Shown: piece after piece, positions 28,911 to 38,432 of the stretch
How positions within the stretch are numbered: position 1 is the first letter of the stretch
How the letters are laid out: every line of letters starts with the position of its first letter
IMG/VR virus record: IMGVR_UViG_3300027131_000001
DNA length: 64,000 bases
Direction: 5' to 3' (one strand)
DNA from: a virus
Position numbers and translations under genes: made by a program
The notes under the pieces: model-generated
The model's input: the letters and a program-made list of their open reading frames with translations, nothing else
Told to the model about the DNA's origin: nothing
The model's database searches: none

Positions 28911-29657
28911 TCAACTTTTTATTGATTCAAAGTGTAAATTTGCAACAATAAATTCTTTAACTAGATTACTTCTGACAATATCTTCAACATCAAATTCAAT
29001 GTTTCTGAATGATGGCATTCTGTTAATGATCTGTACAAAGTCCTTTAGTCCAGATTGATCATGCTTTTTATTAAGGTCTGTTTGCTTGAAGTCGCCACAG
29101 AACAGAATTCTAGAACCCTCACCTACTCTGGTAATGATTGAGCTCAGTTCTTGGAAGTTCATGTTCTGACATTCATCAACAATAATAATTGCTTTGTCAA
29201 TTGTAATGCCGCGAACAAAAGATGTGATCAAGAATTCGATATTCTTTTGTTCAACTAGTCTTTCATACGCCTGATCAGTATTAAACAGGTCTTTGCATAT
29301 TGCTTTATAGGGTGCGAGATAAACGTCTGTCTTTTCTTTCTCGTCTCCAGGTAGGTGTCCAATCTCTCTAGACGGTACTACTGAGCGAACAATAACAACC
29401 TTTTCAAAATTGCTACGGTTATTCATCATATCTTCTAGTGCTTTATAGACCGAGATAAATGTTTTTCCTGTACCTGCTGCTCCGTGCAGCATTAATGCTT
29501 GATGTCCTTCATCATATAATTCGTAAAACTTTCTTTGGTTTCTAGTTAGAGGGTCAAATAATTGTAAGTCTTCGTATTTTAATTTCAGCTTCCTTCTGTT
29601 AGATTGATCTGGGAATGGGTGAACGGATGCTTGGGACACTCTAGCCTGTTTTCTCAT
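28911..29657 (-). CDS. phoH: PhoH-like ATPase
   Basis: GAAGTGKT, IGHLPG, SFVRGIT, VDECQN, GDFKQTD, DIVRS. Confidence 0.93.
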   Translation of the reverse strand: MRKQARVSQASVHPFPDQSNRRKLKLKYEDLQLFDPLTRNQRKFYELYDEGHQALMLHGAAGTGKTFISVYKALEDMMNNRSNFEKVVIVRSVVPSREIGHLPGDEKEKTDVYLAPYKAICKDLFNTDQAYERLVEQKNIEFLITSFVRGITIDKAIIIVDECQNMNFQELSSIITRVGEGSRILFCGDFKQTDLNKKHDQSGLKDFVQIINRMPSFRNIEFDVEDIVRSNLVKEFIVANLHFESIKS

Positions 29658-29686
29658 GGACTACCCTTGTTGTTATAGTTAGAAAC

Positions 29687-29721
29687 AAAAAAAGACACAA
29701 GTCTCTCGACCGTGTGTCTTT
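29687..29721 (-). terminator. Terminator-like hairpin just upstream of phoH
   Basis: AAAAGACACA...TGTGTCTTTT followed by further Ts. Confidence 0.6.
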
Positions 29722-29791
29722 TGCTTATTTGACTACTTTTTTCTATCAGTCATCAAATTCCTTTATATTCCATTTGAAATTATTTATCATT

Positions 29792-30010
29792 TTAAAACCC
29801 TAAGATCGTCGGGGAGAATTTCAATGGCTTACCAGGTTCGTAATCTTTGGTAAAATAATCTACCATCATCTCAAACCTGAATGCTGAGTCTTCCTCACCA
29901 ACATCAGCACATTTCTTTTGTGCATCTTGCAGAAACTTAATTAGTTTAAAGTGGTTGATACCAGTTTCCCGAATAGAAGGACCTTGAGAACCACGATGAG
30001 GACTAAACAT
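29792..30010 (-). CDS. Hypothetical protein
   Basis: ORF coupled to the upstream gene. Confidence 0.6.
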   Translation of the reverse strand: MFSPHRGSQGPSIRETGINHFKLIKFLQDAQKKCADVGEEDSAFRFEMMVDYFTKDYEPGKPLKFSPTILGF

Positions 30011-30269
30011 TTTGAGGATCCTCTACAATTACTGCACTGAGAATACTATCAATACGAAATGAACGCCAAGATTGTTTTTCTATATCCCAAACAGCAATCA
30101 CATCATTATTTTCTGGTTTTACTTTATCTGTTTTCTTCTCATACGGCCATGAGAAGCTCTCTTGCAGTGTACAAATCATCTCACGTACGTTTCCGTCTGT
30201 TTTTGTAAACTCAACCTTCATTACAGTCTGTTGCAGCTGCGAGCGGATAGATTCCTTCGTGTATTCCAT
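30003..30269 (-). CDS. WYL/SH3-like beta-barrel protein
   Basis: VEFTKTDGNVREMICTL...VWDIEKQSWRSFR. Confidence 0.75.
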   Translation of the reverse strand: MEYTKESIRSQLQQTVMKVEFTKTDGNVREMICTLQESFSWPYEKKTDKVKPENNDVIAVWDIEKQSWRSFRIDSILSAVIVEDPQNV

Positions 30270-30711
30270 TTTTCCACCTTTCATAATCATCATAAAAATA
30301 TTCCGAGACTTCAACGTTAGCCTCTGATAGCATTATACGTGATGTATCAAAATTAAACAACGAGTCTCTAGGATTATTTGGCTTTAAGGTTACTACCCTT
30401 TTAATACCGCGTTGAATAATAGACTTGGTACATTCGTTACAGGGAAACAAAGTACAGTATAAAGTAGCACCATCTACGCTACCGGGACTGTTGTCTAGTG
30501 CGTTTCGTTCTGCATGACAGACATATAACAACTTGGTCTCTCTATTTGAGTAACGATATGAGTAGTCTTTGACACCGGTTGGAAACCCGTTATAACCAAC
30601 GCTAATCACTCTTTTACGAGAATCAACTATGCAGCTACCAATTTTACGAGAAGGGTCCTTAGACCACGATGCTACTGTTTCACAGAGTTGAATAAATCGC
30701 ATATCCCACAT
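30211..30711 (-). CDS. dCMP deaminase
   Basis: SKDPS, GYNG, HAERNA, PCNEC. Confidence 0.92.
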   Translation of the reverse strand: MWDMRFIQLCETVASWSKDPSRKIGSCIVDSRKRVISVGYNGFPTGVKDYSYRYSNRETKLLYVCHAERNALDNSPGSVDGATLYCTLFPCNECTKSIIQRGIKRVVTLKPNNPRDSLFNFDTSRIMLSEANVEVSEYFYDDYERWKNGIHEGIYPLAAATDCNEG

Positions 30712-30712
30712 A

Positions 30713-31186
30713 TTAAACCACCACGTTTCTTTCCCAAGGATTAACTAAAAGAGAAAATCTCTCACCTTTATAATCATTCACAACATGCATCACACCAGGA
30801 GACATAATAATAATTCTATTCGTCTTTGGAGATATTTTTATACCAATATCTGTGTGGAGCTCACCACCAACAAGATCAGAATCTACATACGGATAAAAAA
30901 TAATAGAACACAATGGATACTCTAATTCACCAGTTGTATTAAATTTGTGTTCATTTTTATCGTAGTGCCACCCTGTACGAGTATTGTACTGGCTCCACAC
31001 TTCAAATCCAGCACTTGCCGATATATCAATAAATTTGCTGGCTATTGATGATAGTTTTTGAACATATTGGTCTGCAACATCATGGCTAATCCAGCTTAAC
31101 GGAATGGTTGATTTAGAGTTATTATATTTTTGGTAAATATCACTAAGTTCAATATCTGTAAAGATGTTATCACCAACAAAAACCAT
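30713..31186 (-). CDS. 2OG-Fe(II) oxygenase
   Basis: WHYDKNE (HxD), GGEL, MHVV, RFS. Confidence 0.75.
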   Translation of the reverse strand: MVFVGDNIFTDIELSDIYQKYNNSKSTIPLSWISHDVADQYVQKLSSIASKFIDISASAGFEVWSQYNTRTGWHYDKNEHKFNTTGELEYPLCSIIFYPYVDSDLVGGELHTDIGIKISPKTNRIIIMSPGVMHVVNDYKGERFSLLVNPWERNVVV

Positions 31187-31189
31187 AGA

Positions 31190-31585
31190 TTACCTTTTTT
31201 TGCCAATATTATATTTTGCAACAAGCTCCCACTCATCCTTCTCTTTATGGGTTATTACTTTCACTTGAGAGAACGGTGCAACAGGAGTACTAGACTTCTC
31301 TGCATTAACTAATTTAATCAATCCCCACTCGGCCAGCAAATTAACTATTGTGTTTCTTCTTGCTACATCATCTTCTGAGAAGTTAGATGGCTTACCATCC
31401 AATGCAAAGAGTTCTTTGAAGTGGACAATATAATACTTTCCTTGCTTATGAAGGATATGGCAAGATTGGAATAGTTTTTTATCTTTGCGCGAGGCGACAC
31501 CAATACGAGTCAATGTCTCTTTAATTTTAAGGAAGTCCTCTTCAGAAGTCAACAACACTTCAATTAGACTGTCAATAGTATTCAT
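31190..31585 (-). CDS. regA: Translational repressor
   Basis: DFLKIKETLTRIGVAS...QSCHILHKQGKYYIVHFKELFALDG. Confidence 0.96.
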   Translation of the reverse strand: MNTIDSLIEVLLTSEEDFLKIKETLTRIGVASRKDKKLFQSCHILHKQGKYYIVHFKELFALDGKPSNFSEDDVARRNTIVNLLAEWGLIKLVNAEKSSTPVAPFSQVKVITHKEKDEWELVAKYNIGKKR

Positions 31586-31959
31586 GATTGTCCACCTTTT
31601 TCTAATTTTTCTTTTATAGTGATCAATTGATCAGAAGAAAGGATTGACAATGCGCTCTTAGCTTTTTCTGGACTGTACCCATAATATTCCATTACAGCTG
31701 CAAGATCATCATCTTCTTGCTTCTTCACCCACTTTGCAAATCGCCTGGCAGGTCTTACTGTATTTAGGAAAAACTGGAATTGGAGCTTGGAGTCAGTGAG
31801 ATGGCGTCTATTCATCTCATTGGCATACATCACAGTATCGGGAAAGTAGGAAAGAGCCTTGTTAACAAGAAACGGCTGGTAGAGTCTTTCTACAGCCGGA
31901 TCTTCCATTAGGTCTTTCTTACTTTGTGATATTGCATTAACAAAGTCGAACGGAGACAT
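31582..31959 (-). CDS. Clamp loader small subunit (gp62-like)
   Basis: YQPFLVNKALS...ANEMN...YYGYS; synteny with regA. Confidence 0.9.
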   Translation of the reverse strand: MSPFDFVNAISQSKKDLMEDPAVERLYQPFLVNKALSYFPDTVMYANEMNRRHLTDSKLQFQFFLNTVRPARRFAKWVKKQEDDDLAAVMEYYGYSPEKAKSALSILSSDQLITIKEKLEKGGQS

Positions 31960-32246
31960 TACCAGATCATCCGCACAAGGCCAACTGAGTCAATTGTTAC
32001 TAGGAGCATGTAGTTAGCGAGCATACCAAAACTTCTCCGAGTCCAAGCAGCCCAAGCGTACATAGCACAACCCACAATCCATATAGGATAGAGAACAAGT
32101 AGGGGTGGATTTGGTACCGTGGATGCCATCGTAATAGAACACCCGATAGATATAGCCCAAGCAAACAGCTCAACAGAAAAGCGAAAACGATTACTGTTCC
32201 AGTCATTACGAATCCATTCGAAGGTGGGTCTGAATAAATCAATCAA
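31959..32246 (-). CDS. Small three-TM membrane protein
   Basis: Three hydrophobic helices. Confidence 0.65.
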   Translation of the reverse strand: MIDLFRPTFEWIRNDWNSNRFRFSVELFAWAISIGCSITMASTVPNPPLLVLYPIWIVGCAMYAWAAWTRRSFGMLANYMLLVTIDSVGLVRMIW

Positions 32247-32455
32247 AACGGTGGCTCCTCAAAGCTGGCAATAGTTTCCTTTGATAGCTCACGTTGGTGT
32301 CTTTTATTGTCATCTGTAATAAACTCTAATCTTTTTTCACATATACGTTGGAATGGATCAATAGGGTAGTAGGGATTCTCATGACGAAACTTCTTCATAT
32401 ACTCGCCAAGGTTGTCAACCCATTCATCTTTTTGTACTGCAATTTTATTCTTCAT
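32243..32455 (-). CDS. Hypothetical protein
   Basis: Overlapping start/stop coupling with neighbours. Confidence 0.55.
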   Translation of the reverse strand: MKNKIAVQKDEWVDNLGEYMKKFRHENPYYPIDPFQRICEKRLEFITDDNKRHQRELSKETIASFEEPPF

Positions 32456-32676
32456 TCTGTATCTACTTTGCTATCTGTTTCAACCCATACACGAGCACCA
32501 CAGCTAAGTGGCTTATCAGGTGAGTACACGACCTTACTTGGTCCATGTATCGTCACACTGTTAGCATACACATTACTCTTATATGTTTTAACAGTTAGCA
32601 CAGGTATTTTATCTTCATCAGCAGCTCTAATATTCTTGCGGATGTGTTGTTGATTGACGTGGATGATTGTTTTCAT
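32452..32676 (-). CDS. Conserved phage hypothetical protein
   Basis: IHVNQQHIRKN...KPLSCGARVWVET. Confidence 0.7.
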   Translation of the reverse strand: MKTIIHVNQQHIRKNIRAADEDKIPVLTVKTYKSNVYANSVTIHGPSKVVYSPDKPLSCGARVWVETDSKVDTE

Positions 32677-32861
32677 TCCCAGATCAAACAATCTTTTGCA
32701 TATGTATCAGCTCTTGCGTAAGTATCAAATATTTCACAGTCAGGTTGATCTCCTCGCACAAATGCAAGTTCGTTTTGAATTACTACTCTATACTTTCCGT
32801 CTTCTTGAATAAACAGCTTCACTTCTACGTGAGGATTAGCCATTTGTTTTAATAAAATCAT
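32673..32861 (-). CDS. Hypothetical protein
   Basis: Coupled ORF. Confidence 0.5.
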   Translation of the reverse strand: MILLKQMANPHVEVKLFIQEDGKYRVVIQNELAFVRGDQPDCEIFDTYARADTYAKDCLIWE

Positions 32862-33799
32862 TTAAACTCTCCCTCTGCCATTATTTCTGTTAGGCAGGCT
32901 AGTATGTTAATCTCGTGATCAGCAACAAAGGCAGCCTTGTACTGATAATCTGCTAGCGTTATAACAAGCTGTGGAATTGAGTTTGGTTTCAGATAATGAG
33001 AAGCAGTATCGTATAGCTTACGGAAGAACACAGCTTGATCAAGATCATTGTTCTCTGCAACCCATTTACGAACCTCGGTAAAGTTCTTTGCTTTCAGTAG
33101 CTCTACCAATCCCTTCAAGTTCTCTTCTGAGAAGTTTACAAGAATACCAGAGTCTATTTTACCGGTAGCAGAGTATCGCTGCAACTCATTAAGCACTCTT
33201 CTCCAGTCAGGGAAGAACTTAGTGATCACTTCAATAACAGCTTTCTGATCATAATTGACACTCTCTTGCTCTAAGATGTTGCAGACTCGTTTATAAAATA
33301 AGGAAGCCATCTTTGGCTTGTCCTCTTTATCTATCTTGAATTCTACAACAGAACATCTAGAGTGAAGTGGCTCAATGATTTTATTCTTAAAGTTACATGT
33401 AAGAATGAACCCGCAGTTCCTCGAGTACTCTTCCATGAAGTTTCGAAGTGCGGGCTGTGTCGAGTTAGGATTGAGGTAGTCAGCCTCATCCAGAATAACA
33501 TACTTACGACCACCAGAGAATGAAATAGAGGATGCAAAGTCCTTTATCTCACTTCTCAGCGTGTCAATGTTACCGTTCATCGATCCATTAATAATAATGT
33601 AATCGCATTGCAACTCTTCTAGCATGGCACGAGCAACAGTCGTCTTACCGATTCCTGCACGGCCAGTTAGAAGTAGGTTGGGGATATTCTTCTGATCTAC
33701 AAACTGCTGGAATGTAGTTTTAAGTGTAGGCGGAAGAATGGCACTATCAATAGATCTGGGTCTATACTTCTCAACCCAGAGAAAATCATCACGAATCAT
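32858..33799 (-). CDS. Clamp loader large subunit (gp44-like)
   Basis: LWVEKYRP, GRAGIGKTT, ILDEAD, HSRC. Confidence 0.97.
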   Translation of the reverse strand: MIRDDFLWVEKYRPRSIDSAILPPTLKTTFQQFVDQKNIPNLLLTGRAGIGKTTVARAMLEELQCDYIIINGSMNGNIDTLRSEIKDFASSISFSGGRKYVILDEADYLNPNSTQPALRNFMEEYSRNCGFILTCNFKNKIIEPLHSRCSVVEFKIDKEDKPKMASLFYKRVCNILEQESVNYDQKAVIEVITKFFPDWRRVLNELQRYSATGKIDSGILVNFSEENLKGLVELLKAKNFTEVRKWVAENNDLDQAVFFRKLYDTASHYLKPNSIPQLVITLADYQYKAAFVADHEINILACLTEIMAEGEFK

Positions 33800-33810
33800 A
33801 TAAACCTCAA

Positions 33811-34488
33811 TTATCCAACGTACGTCGACGTTGTTTCACATACTATCCAGTATTCTACATCAGTCCCTTTAAAATGGCAAAGGCCTTGTGGAGATATTTT
33901 AAGAACATACTCCTCATTCATAATCTTGATGTTCTCAGCTTTTAGAATCATCTTGAATGTCTTGATTGTCTCACCAATTATAATAGAGTAACTATTACTT
34001 AGTGTAACATCGTTTGGATTCTTTGGCTTGGTATCAAGTGCTTCAATTGAGAAGTTACCGTCCTTGCCAACAAAAGCAATCTCAGGTAATTGTAATACGC
34101 CGACTGCTTTCATTACAGATTGCAACGTTGCAGTCGGGAGTACCTTTTCTACTGCATCGATAGGAATATCTACCATCTTTTTAGGTGGCTGAGTAATCAT
34201 ATCTGGCGAACAGTACACATAGTCTAGCTTCGTCTTTCCGCTCTTGATTGTAATGTACTTCTCATTGATTTCGAGATCAGGATCATCGAACAGAGAAAGT
34301 ACCCCTAAAAACCTTGGCAAATCCCAAATTGCAAACTGTCGCGGAATTGTTTCCGCAATACTTGCTTTCGCTACCATAGTCTTTAGGGGTGAAATCGTTT
34401 TCAATTCATTACCAGGAGCAAAGATCAACGATGGATTAATCTGAGCAAAGCTCTTCAGAATCTGTATCGTTCTTGCACTTAGTTTCAT
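33811..34488 (-). CDS. Sliding clamp (gp45-like)
   Basis: MKLSARTIQILKSFAQINPS; synteny with gp44. Confidence 0.93.
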   Translation of the reverse strand: MKLSARTIQILKSFAQINPSLIFAPGNELKTISPLKTMVAKASIAETIPRQFAIWDLPRFLGVLSLFDDPDLEINEKYITIKSGKTKLDYVYCSPDMITQPPKKMVDIPIDAVEKVLPTATLQSVMKAVGVLQLPEIAFVGKDGNFSIEALDTKPKNPNDVTLSNSYSIIIGETIKTFKMILKAENIKIMNEEYVLKISPQGLCHFKGTDVEYWIVCETTSTYVG

Positions 34489-34503
34489 AATATACCTTGT
34501 TGG

Positions 34504-35367
34504 TTACTTAGATTTCTTGTGTTTCAGTTTTGACTGATCAGCAGTTGCCGATGCACCAATTGATGCAAGGTCAGCAAGTGATCCACCAAAGATGTAGCTA
34601 CCAACGTGCTGCAATTGCATCCACGGGCAGAACCAAACCTTCAAACCCATCTTCTGCACGTTATAGCAGAACATATAGTCTTCAGACAAGTAACGCTTAG
34701 AGTCTGGATCGATGATACAATCGAACACAGCCATAATCTCACGAGTACCGTCAAAGTGCTCTGTGCGAACATGGTCAGGCTTGTACCACTGGTGTGGGAA
34801 AGCTTTGTGGTATTCTTCGATTGTCTTGCGACGAATCATCATAAAACCGGTACCAATCTCCAACACCTCTACTGGTTGATTAAGAGGAATCTCACGTGAT
34901 GTGGTCTTTGGATTGAACACATAGTCACCAACATACTTCTCGAGGTTGTTGGGATCCTCATCAGCCATACCCTTATCAACTGCTTGCTTGATCTTTTCCC
35001 ATGAAATACATTTCTTAGGATACGGGCCACCGATAACATCATACTCACTATCATCAGACTGCATTGCCAAAAGAGCAATAACGTCTTGTGGATTGAAGCC
35101 AATATCAGCATCGATGAACATCAAATGAGTAGCACTAGAGCGCATGAACTCATCGACGCAGTAGTTACGAGCTCGTGTAATCAATGACTCATTGAACAAA
35201 AAGAACAACTGCAACTGAATACCGTGCTTGGTACAGATAGCAGATAGGTCTGCAACAGACCGAGTAAACATACCAGCGCACTGGCCACCGTACATCGGAA
35301 CAGCAAGAAACAGCTTACGCTTCTGCAGCTCTTCAATATTTACTTGTAACTTAAAACCTTCTGACAT
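34504..35367 (-). CDS. GT-A fold glycosyltransferase-like protein
   Basis: ESLITRARN, LMFIDADI (DxD), GTGFMMI, LSEDYMFC. Confidence 0.75.
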   Translation of the reverse strand: MSEGFKLQVNIEELQKRKLFLAVPMYGGQCAGMFTRSVADLSAICTKHGIQLQLFFLFNESLITRARNYCVDEFMRSSATHLMFIDADIGFNPQDVIALLAMQSDDSEYDVIGGPYPKKCISWEKIKQAVDKGMADEDPNNLEKYVGDYVFNPKTTSREIPLNQPVEVLEIGTGFMMIRRKTIEEYHKAFPHQWYKPDHVRTEHFDGTREIMAVFDCIIDPDSKRYLSEDYMFCYNVQKMGLKVWFCPWMQLQHVGSYIFGGSLADLASIGASATADQSKLKHKKSK

Positions 35368-35369
35368 AT

Positions 35370-35864
35370 TTACTCCTTAGTATATTTTTTATCATGCTCA
35401 CTATTCAAACCATATGACCCGTTGTATAGGGTCAATGCTTCTGCTTTAAAGAGTAGGAACTGAGCAACACGTGTCCCTTTCTTGATTCTAACTGGGCCAC
35501 CTCGGACATGCATTGCACCAGCCATCACACCGCTGTAACCAGAGTCATACAGTCCTGATGTAATGAATACACCGTTACGGTTCAGAGTTGATCTTGTGAT
35601 TACCCAACCAGCCTCATCTGGACCAATCGTGACGATGTTCTCCATCACAACTTCGTAAGTGCCTTCTGCAATATGGTACCAGCCATCATCTGGCACTATC
35701 TCACTTGTTCCTCTGTGCTTCTTATCTGTTTCACTAATCTCAAACGTATTATTATTGATTGTAAATACTTTACCAAGTCTCAGATCAATAGCATTAGGCT
35801 GGCTATCGCCATCCTGTACAGCTGTTAATCTGGAGTTTGAGTTCTCACCCAATATATGAATCAT
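35370..35864 (-). CDS. Trimeric dUTPase/dCTP deaminase family
   Basis: QPNAIDLRL, RSTLNRNG, GLYDSGYSG, RVAQ. Confidence 0.85.
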   Translation of the reverse strand: MIHILGENSNSRLTAVQDGDSQPNAIDLRLGKVFTINNNTFEISETDKKHRGTSEIVPDDGWYHIAEGTYEVVMENIVTIGPDEAGWVITRSTLNRNGVFITSGLYDSGYSGVMAGAMHVRGGPVRIKKGTRVAQFLLFKAEALTLYNGSYGLNSEHDKKYTKE

Positions 35865-36139
35865 AATATTGTCCCTTCCCGCTCTGGATCATCAGCGTAC
35901 ATAATTAACATAATATAATGAACTGCTTTCAGCAAATCTTTCTTGTTCTTACCAGCCTTCTTACCGTACCGGCAAAGATACTTTATTGCAGTATCTCTAG
36001 CAGTCGTGTCTAGCGAGTCCATCGATTCCCAGATATCAATTACTTGAATATCTTTTGCAACGTAGTGCTCGCCATAAGTTCCATCAATATAGTCAGCAAC
36101 CTGTCTTAAATACTTTGCTTCATTGTATTTGTGAGTCAT
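35861..36139 (-). CDS. DUF3310-like all-alpha nucleotide hydrolase candidate
   Basis: TYGEHY...AIKYLCRYGKK...DLLKAVHY. Confidence 0.7.
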   Translation of the reverse strand: MTHKYNEAKYLRQVADYIDGTYGEHYVAKDIQVIDIWESMDSLDTTARDTAIKYLCRYGKKAGKNKKDLLKAVHYIMLIMYADDPEREGTIL

Positions 36140-37017
36140 AGAGGATCTTCTTCCCAAGTATAGGCCTCAATTGGATCGGCCAAGTAAATTGAAACTAACT
36201 CGTCTATTGTCTCTTTATTTGATGTTGCAGTCAACATTGCTTGCTTAGAAGATGTACGGAAATGGAAATCGACTTCTTCTTCGTACTTCCCTTCAAGTAT
36301 TCCTGTTGGTGAATCATCAAAGAACTTATTGGCATGTAGGCCGTACCAGATAGCTGCACTACTATCCCAAGTATCAATATAGTCAGCAAACTGAGACATC
36401 AAACGAATCTCGTTAGGACCATCTAACATACCTAGTAGGTGAATCTTCTTACCATTTGTTTTAGCAATATCAAGGATGCCGGAGTCATGTAAGTCTTGCA
36501 TGAACATAAACCGACTAACAAACCGTTGCAGTTTGTTTCCTTTTTCGACTCCGTATGCATTCGGAATAGAAAGAATTGATACACCGATATAATCAACCGC
36601 ATCAGACTGAGCAGCCCAGTTGAATGATGCAAATAGATCTTCCGGATCACCAATCTTTGATTGAGGACAGAAGAATGTACCGAATCCTTTTTCTTTCAAG
36701 ATTGGTGCCATTATACTTGCTGCATTGATTGTCTTGGCACCCTTCTCATTAGGATAATCAGACATGACAACATAATCAGCACCTACCCGTTGAGCCATAG
36801 TAACGAGTTGAACTGAATCATACATTGGACGACCTTGCTTGTACATCTCAAACGCAGAGTTATCAAGAATGATTGTAGAGTCATTCTTCTTTTCGTTGAT
36901 GTAAAAGTTGGTATACTCTTCACTCGTCTCGACTAGGTGAGCAAGTGTTAGGTGAGCTGGTGCGCCAGATACGAGATCTAAATGAGGGATGGGGGCAATG
37001 TGACAAAAACTAGCCAT
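36136..37017 (-). CDS. dpdA: DpdA/TGT-like guanine transglycosylase
   Basis: ILDNSAFE, VMSDYP, IHLLGM, TWDSSAA resemble TGT-barrel motifs; folE, queD and queE in the same window. Confidence 0.7.
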   Translation of the reverse strand: MASFCHIAPIPHLDLVSGAPAHLTLAHLVETSEEYTNFYINEKKNDSTIILDNSAFEMYKQGRPMYDSVQLVTMAQRVGADYVVMSDYPNEKGAKTINAASIMAPILKEKGFGTFFCPQSKIGDPEDLFASFNWAAQSDAVDYIGVSILSIPNAYGVEKGNKLQRFVSRFMFMQDLHDSGILDIAKTNGKKIHLLGMLDGPNEIRLMSQFADYIDTWDSSAAIWYGLHANKFFDDSPTGILEGKYEEEVDFHFRTSSKQAMLTATSNKETIDELVSIYLADPIEAYTWEEDPL

Positions 37018-37019
37018 AA

Positions 37020-37397
37020 TTATTTCCAATCATCATAAACATTACTAAAATATACACGGCAACCATTCTCACCGTCCTCACTCACTTCAATCCGGATATC
37101 ACGTCTCGGATAGTTCTCTTTAATATAGACTGCAAGTTCACTTGCTAACATCTCACAAGACATATGATTAAGTTGCAATGTGCCTTTATTATATAGGCTT
37201 TCAAGCTCACGTTTCAGCAAAATAAATTCTACATCTCTATCATCATGGAACACCTCTAACTCCACTCTGAAGTGGAAGATATGGCGGTGTTCATTTCCCA
37301 AGAATGATACTGCGGCGAGCTTGGGATCAGTTGCTGCAGCTGGATACTTGTGAATTCCTTCCTTCTGGAACGTAACCCAAATAAATGATTTAGTCAT
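37020..37397 (-). CDS. QueD paralog (T-fold; DpdL-like candidate)
   Basis: HRHIFHFRV, DRDVEFI, SCEM, VSEDGENG; a canonical QueD is encoded separately. Confidence 0.6.
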   Translation of the reverse strand: MTKSFIWVTFQKEGIHKYPAAATDPKLAAVSFLGNEHRHIFHFRVELEVFHDDRDVEFILLKRELESLYNKGTLQLNHMSCEMLASELAVYIKENYPRRDIRIEVSEDGENGCRVYFSNVYDDWK

Positions 37398-37856
37398 TTA
37401 TCCAACCTTTCTTTTGCTTATGAAGTCTAGTTTGTGACGTGTAGTCACTTCAAACAAACCATCACGAAGATGTCCGTTGTCTCGTAACCACTTAATCATA
37501 TCTTCGCGAGCATACCACGCAATCCAACCAGTTTCAACACAAACGTGACAGATCCGATCACTAGTTTTTTTAGCTGCGCGCAACCATCCATCTGGTTTTG
37601 TTTCCACATAGAATGTTCCGTACTTGTTCATATTTGACTTAACGTCTATGGAATAGAAGTTCTTCCAAGTTGGTTTCTTGATCTCAACATCAATACCATG
37701 CTTCTGACTATCGAAGTCTGATTCGCGATCAATCACTTCATATCCCCATCCAGTGAAAGCTTCAATCACAAGCAATTCAGCTTGACGAGCTTTCTTAACC
37801 CCATCTCCAAATGCCTCAACAAGAGTAGGTGTCCATTTTTTAGTCAATCGTTTCAT
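37398..37856 (-). CDS. PD-(D/E)xK nuclease-like protein
   Basis: AELLV...GIDVEI...SIDVKSN...FYVE; start placed after the terminator. Confidence 0.6.
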   Translation of the reverse strand: MKRLTKKWTPTLVEAFGDGVKKARQAELLVIEAFTGWGYEVIDRESDFDSQKHGIDVEIKKPTWKNFYSIDVKSNMNKYGTFYVETKPDGWLRAAKKTSDRICHVCVETGWIAWYAREDMIKWLRDNGHLRDGLFEVTTRHKLDFISKRKVG

Positions 37857-37871
37857 ACTAATCTCCATAAT

Positions 37872-37904
37872 AAAAAAAAGCCAGCCCAAGTAAAAAGGGC
37901 TGGC
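37872..37904 (-). terminator. Intrinsic terminator
   Basis: GCCAGCCC...GGGCTGGC followed by T8. Confidence 0.85.
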
Positions 37905-37921
37905 ACATTCAATTTACCAAA

Positions 37922-38164
37922 TTAGGCAAATGCTGAGGAACCACCAGCTGCATATGCCAACGCAACCATACGGCGTGATGGAGTACCCATACGGAATGCT
38001 GTCTTGCCATTCTTAGTTTTGTTGGTGTAGATTGAGTACCCTTGGCTACGCAGTTCAGAAACGCGTGCTGATAGGTTAGTTACACCGAACAAGCCAGATG
38101 CTTGTTTAGGAGTAATCTCTTTACCAGATTTGAAGAAGCTAATCAATTTTTCATGCTGTGTCAT
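37922..38164 (-). CDS. Winged HTH DNA-binding protein
   Basis: ITPKQASGLFGVTNLSARVSELRSQGYSI. Confidence 0.75.
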   Translation of the reverse strand: MTQHEKLISFFKSGKEITPKQASGLFGVTNLSARVSELRSQGYSIYTNKTKNGKTAFRMGTPSRRMVALAYAAGGSSAFA

Positions 38165-38187
38165 ATTATTTCCTTTAAAGTTAAAAA

Positions 38188-38397
38188 TCAAATCACCGGA
38201 TCACCGTCTCGTAGAAAGAGATTAGATGCCAAGAAGTCGAGACGTTTAGATGAGGTAGTGGTATTAACCTCATCAATGAACTGCTGGATCTTGTCCTTGT
38301 GTTGAAACTGATCTAATAAGACGAGCATTGCACTCTTCTTAGTTTCAAGACTTTTTGCAGCCCATACTTCTTTAGCAAATGTTGATAAATCTCTCAT
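38188..38397 (-). CDS. Hypothetical protein
   Basis: ORF starting just downstream of a sigma70 promoter (possibly leaderless). Confidence 0.55.
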   Translation of the reverse strand: MRDLSTFAKEVWAAKSLETKKSAMLVLLDQFQHKDKIQQFIDEVNTTTSSKRLDFLASNLFLRDGDPVI

Positions 38398-38403
38398 TCG
38401 ACT

Positions 38404-38432
38404 AGTATACTATGACCAAAGTATCAAGTCAA
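38404..38432 (-). promoter_or_regulatory. Sigma70-type promoter
   Basis: TTGACT-17 nt-TATACT. Confidence 0.75.
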
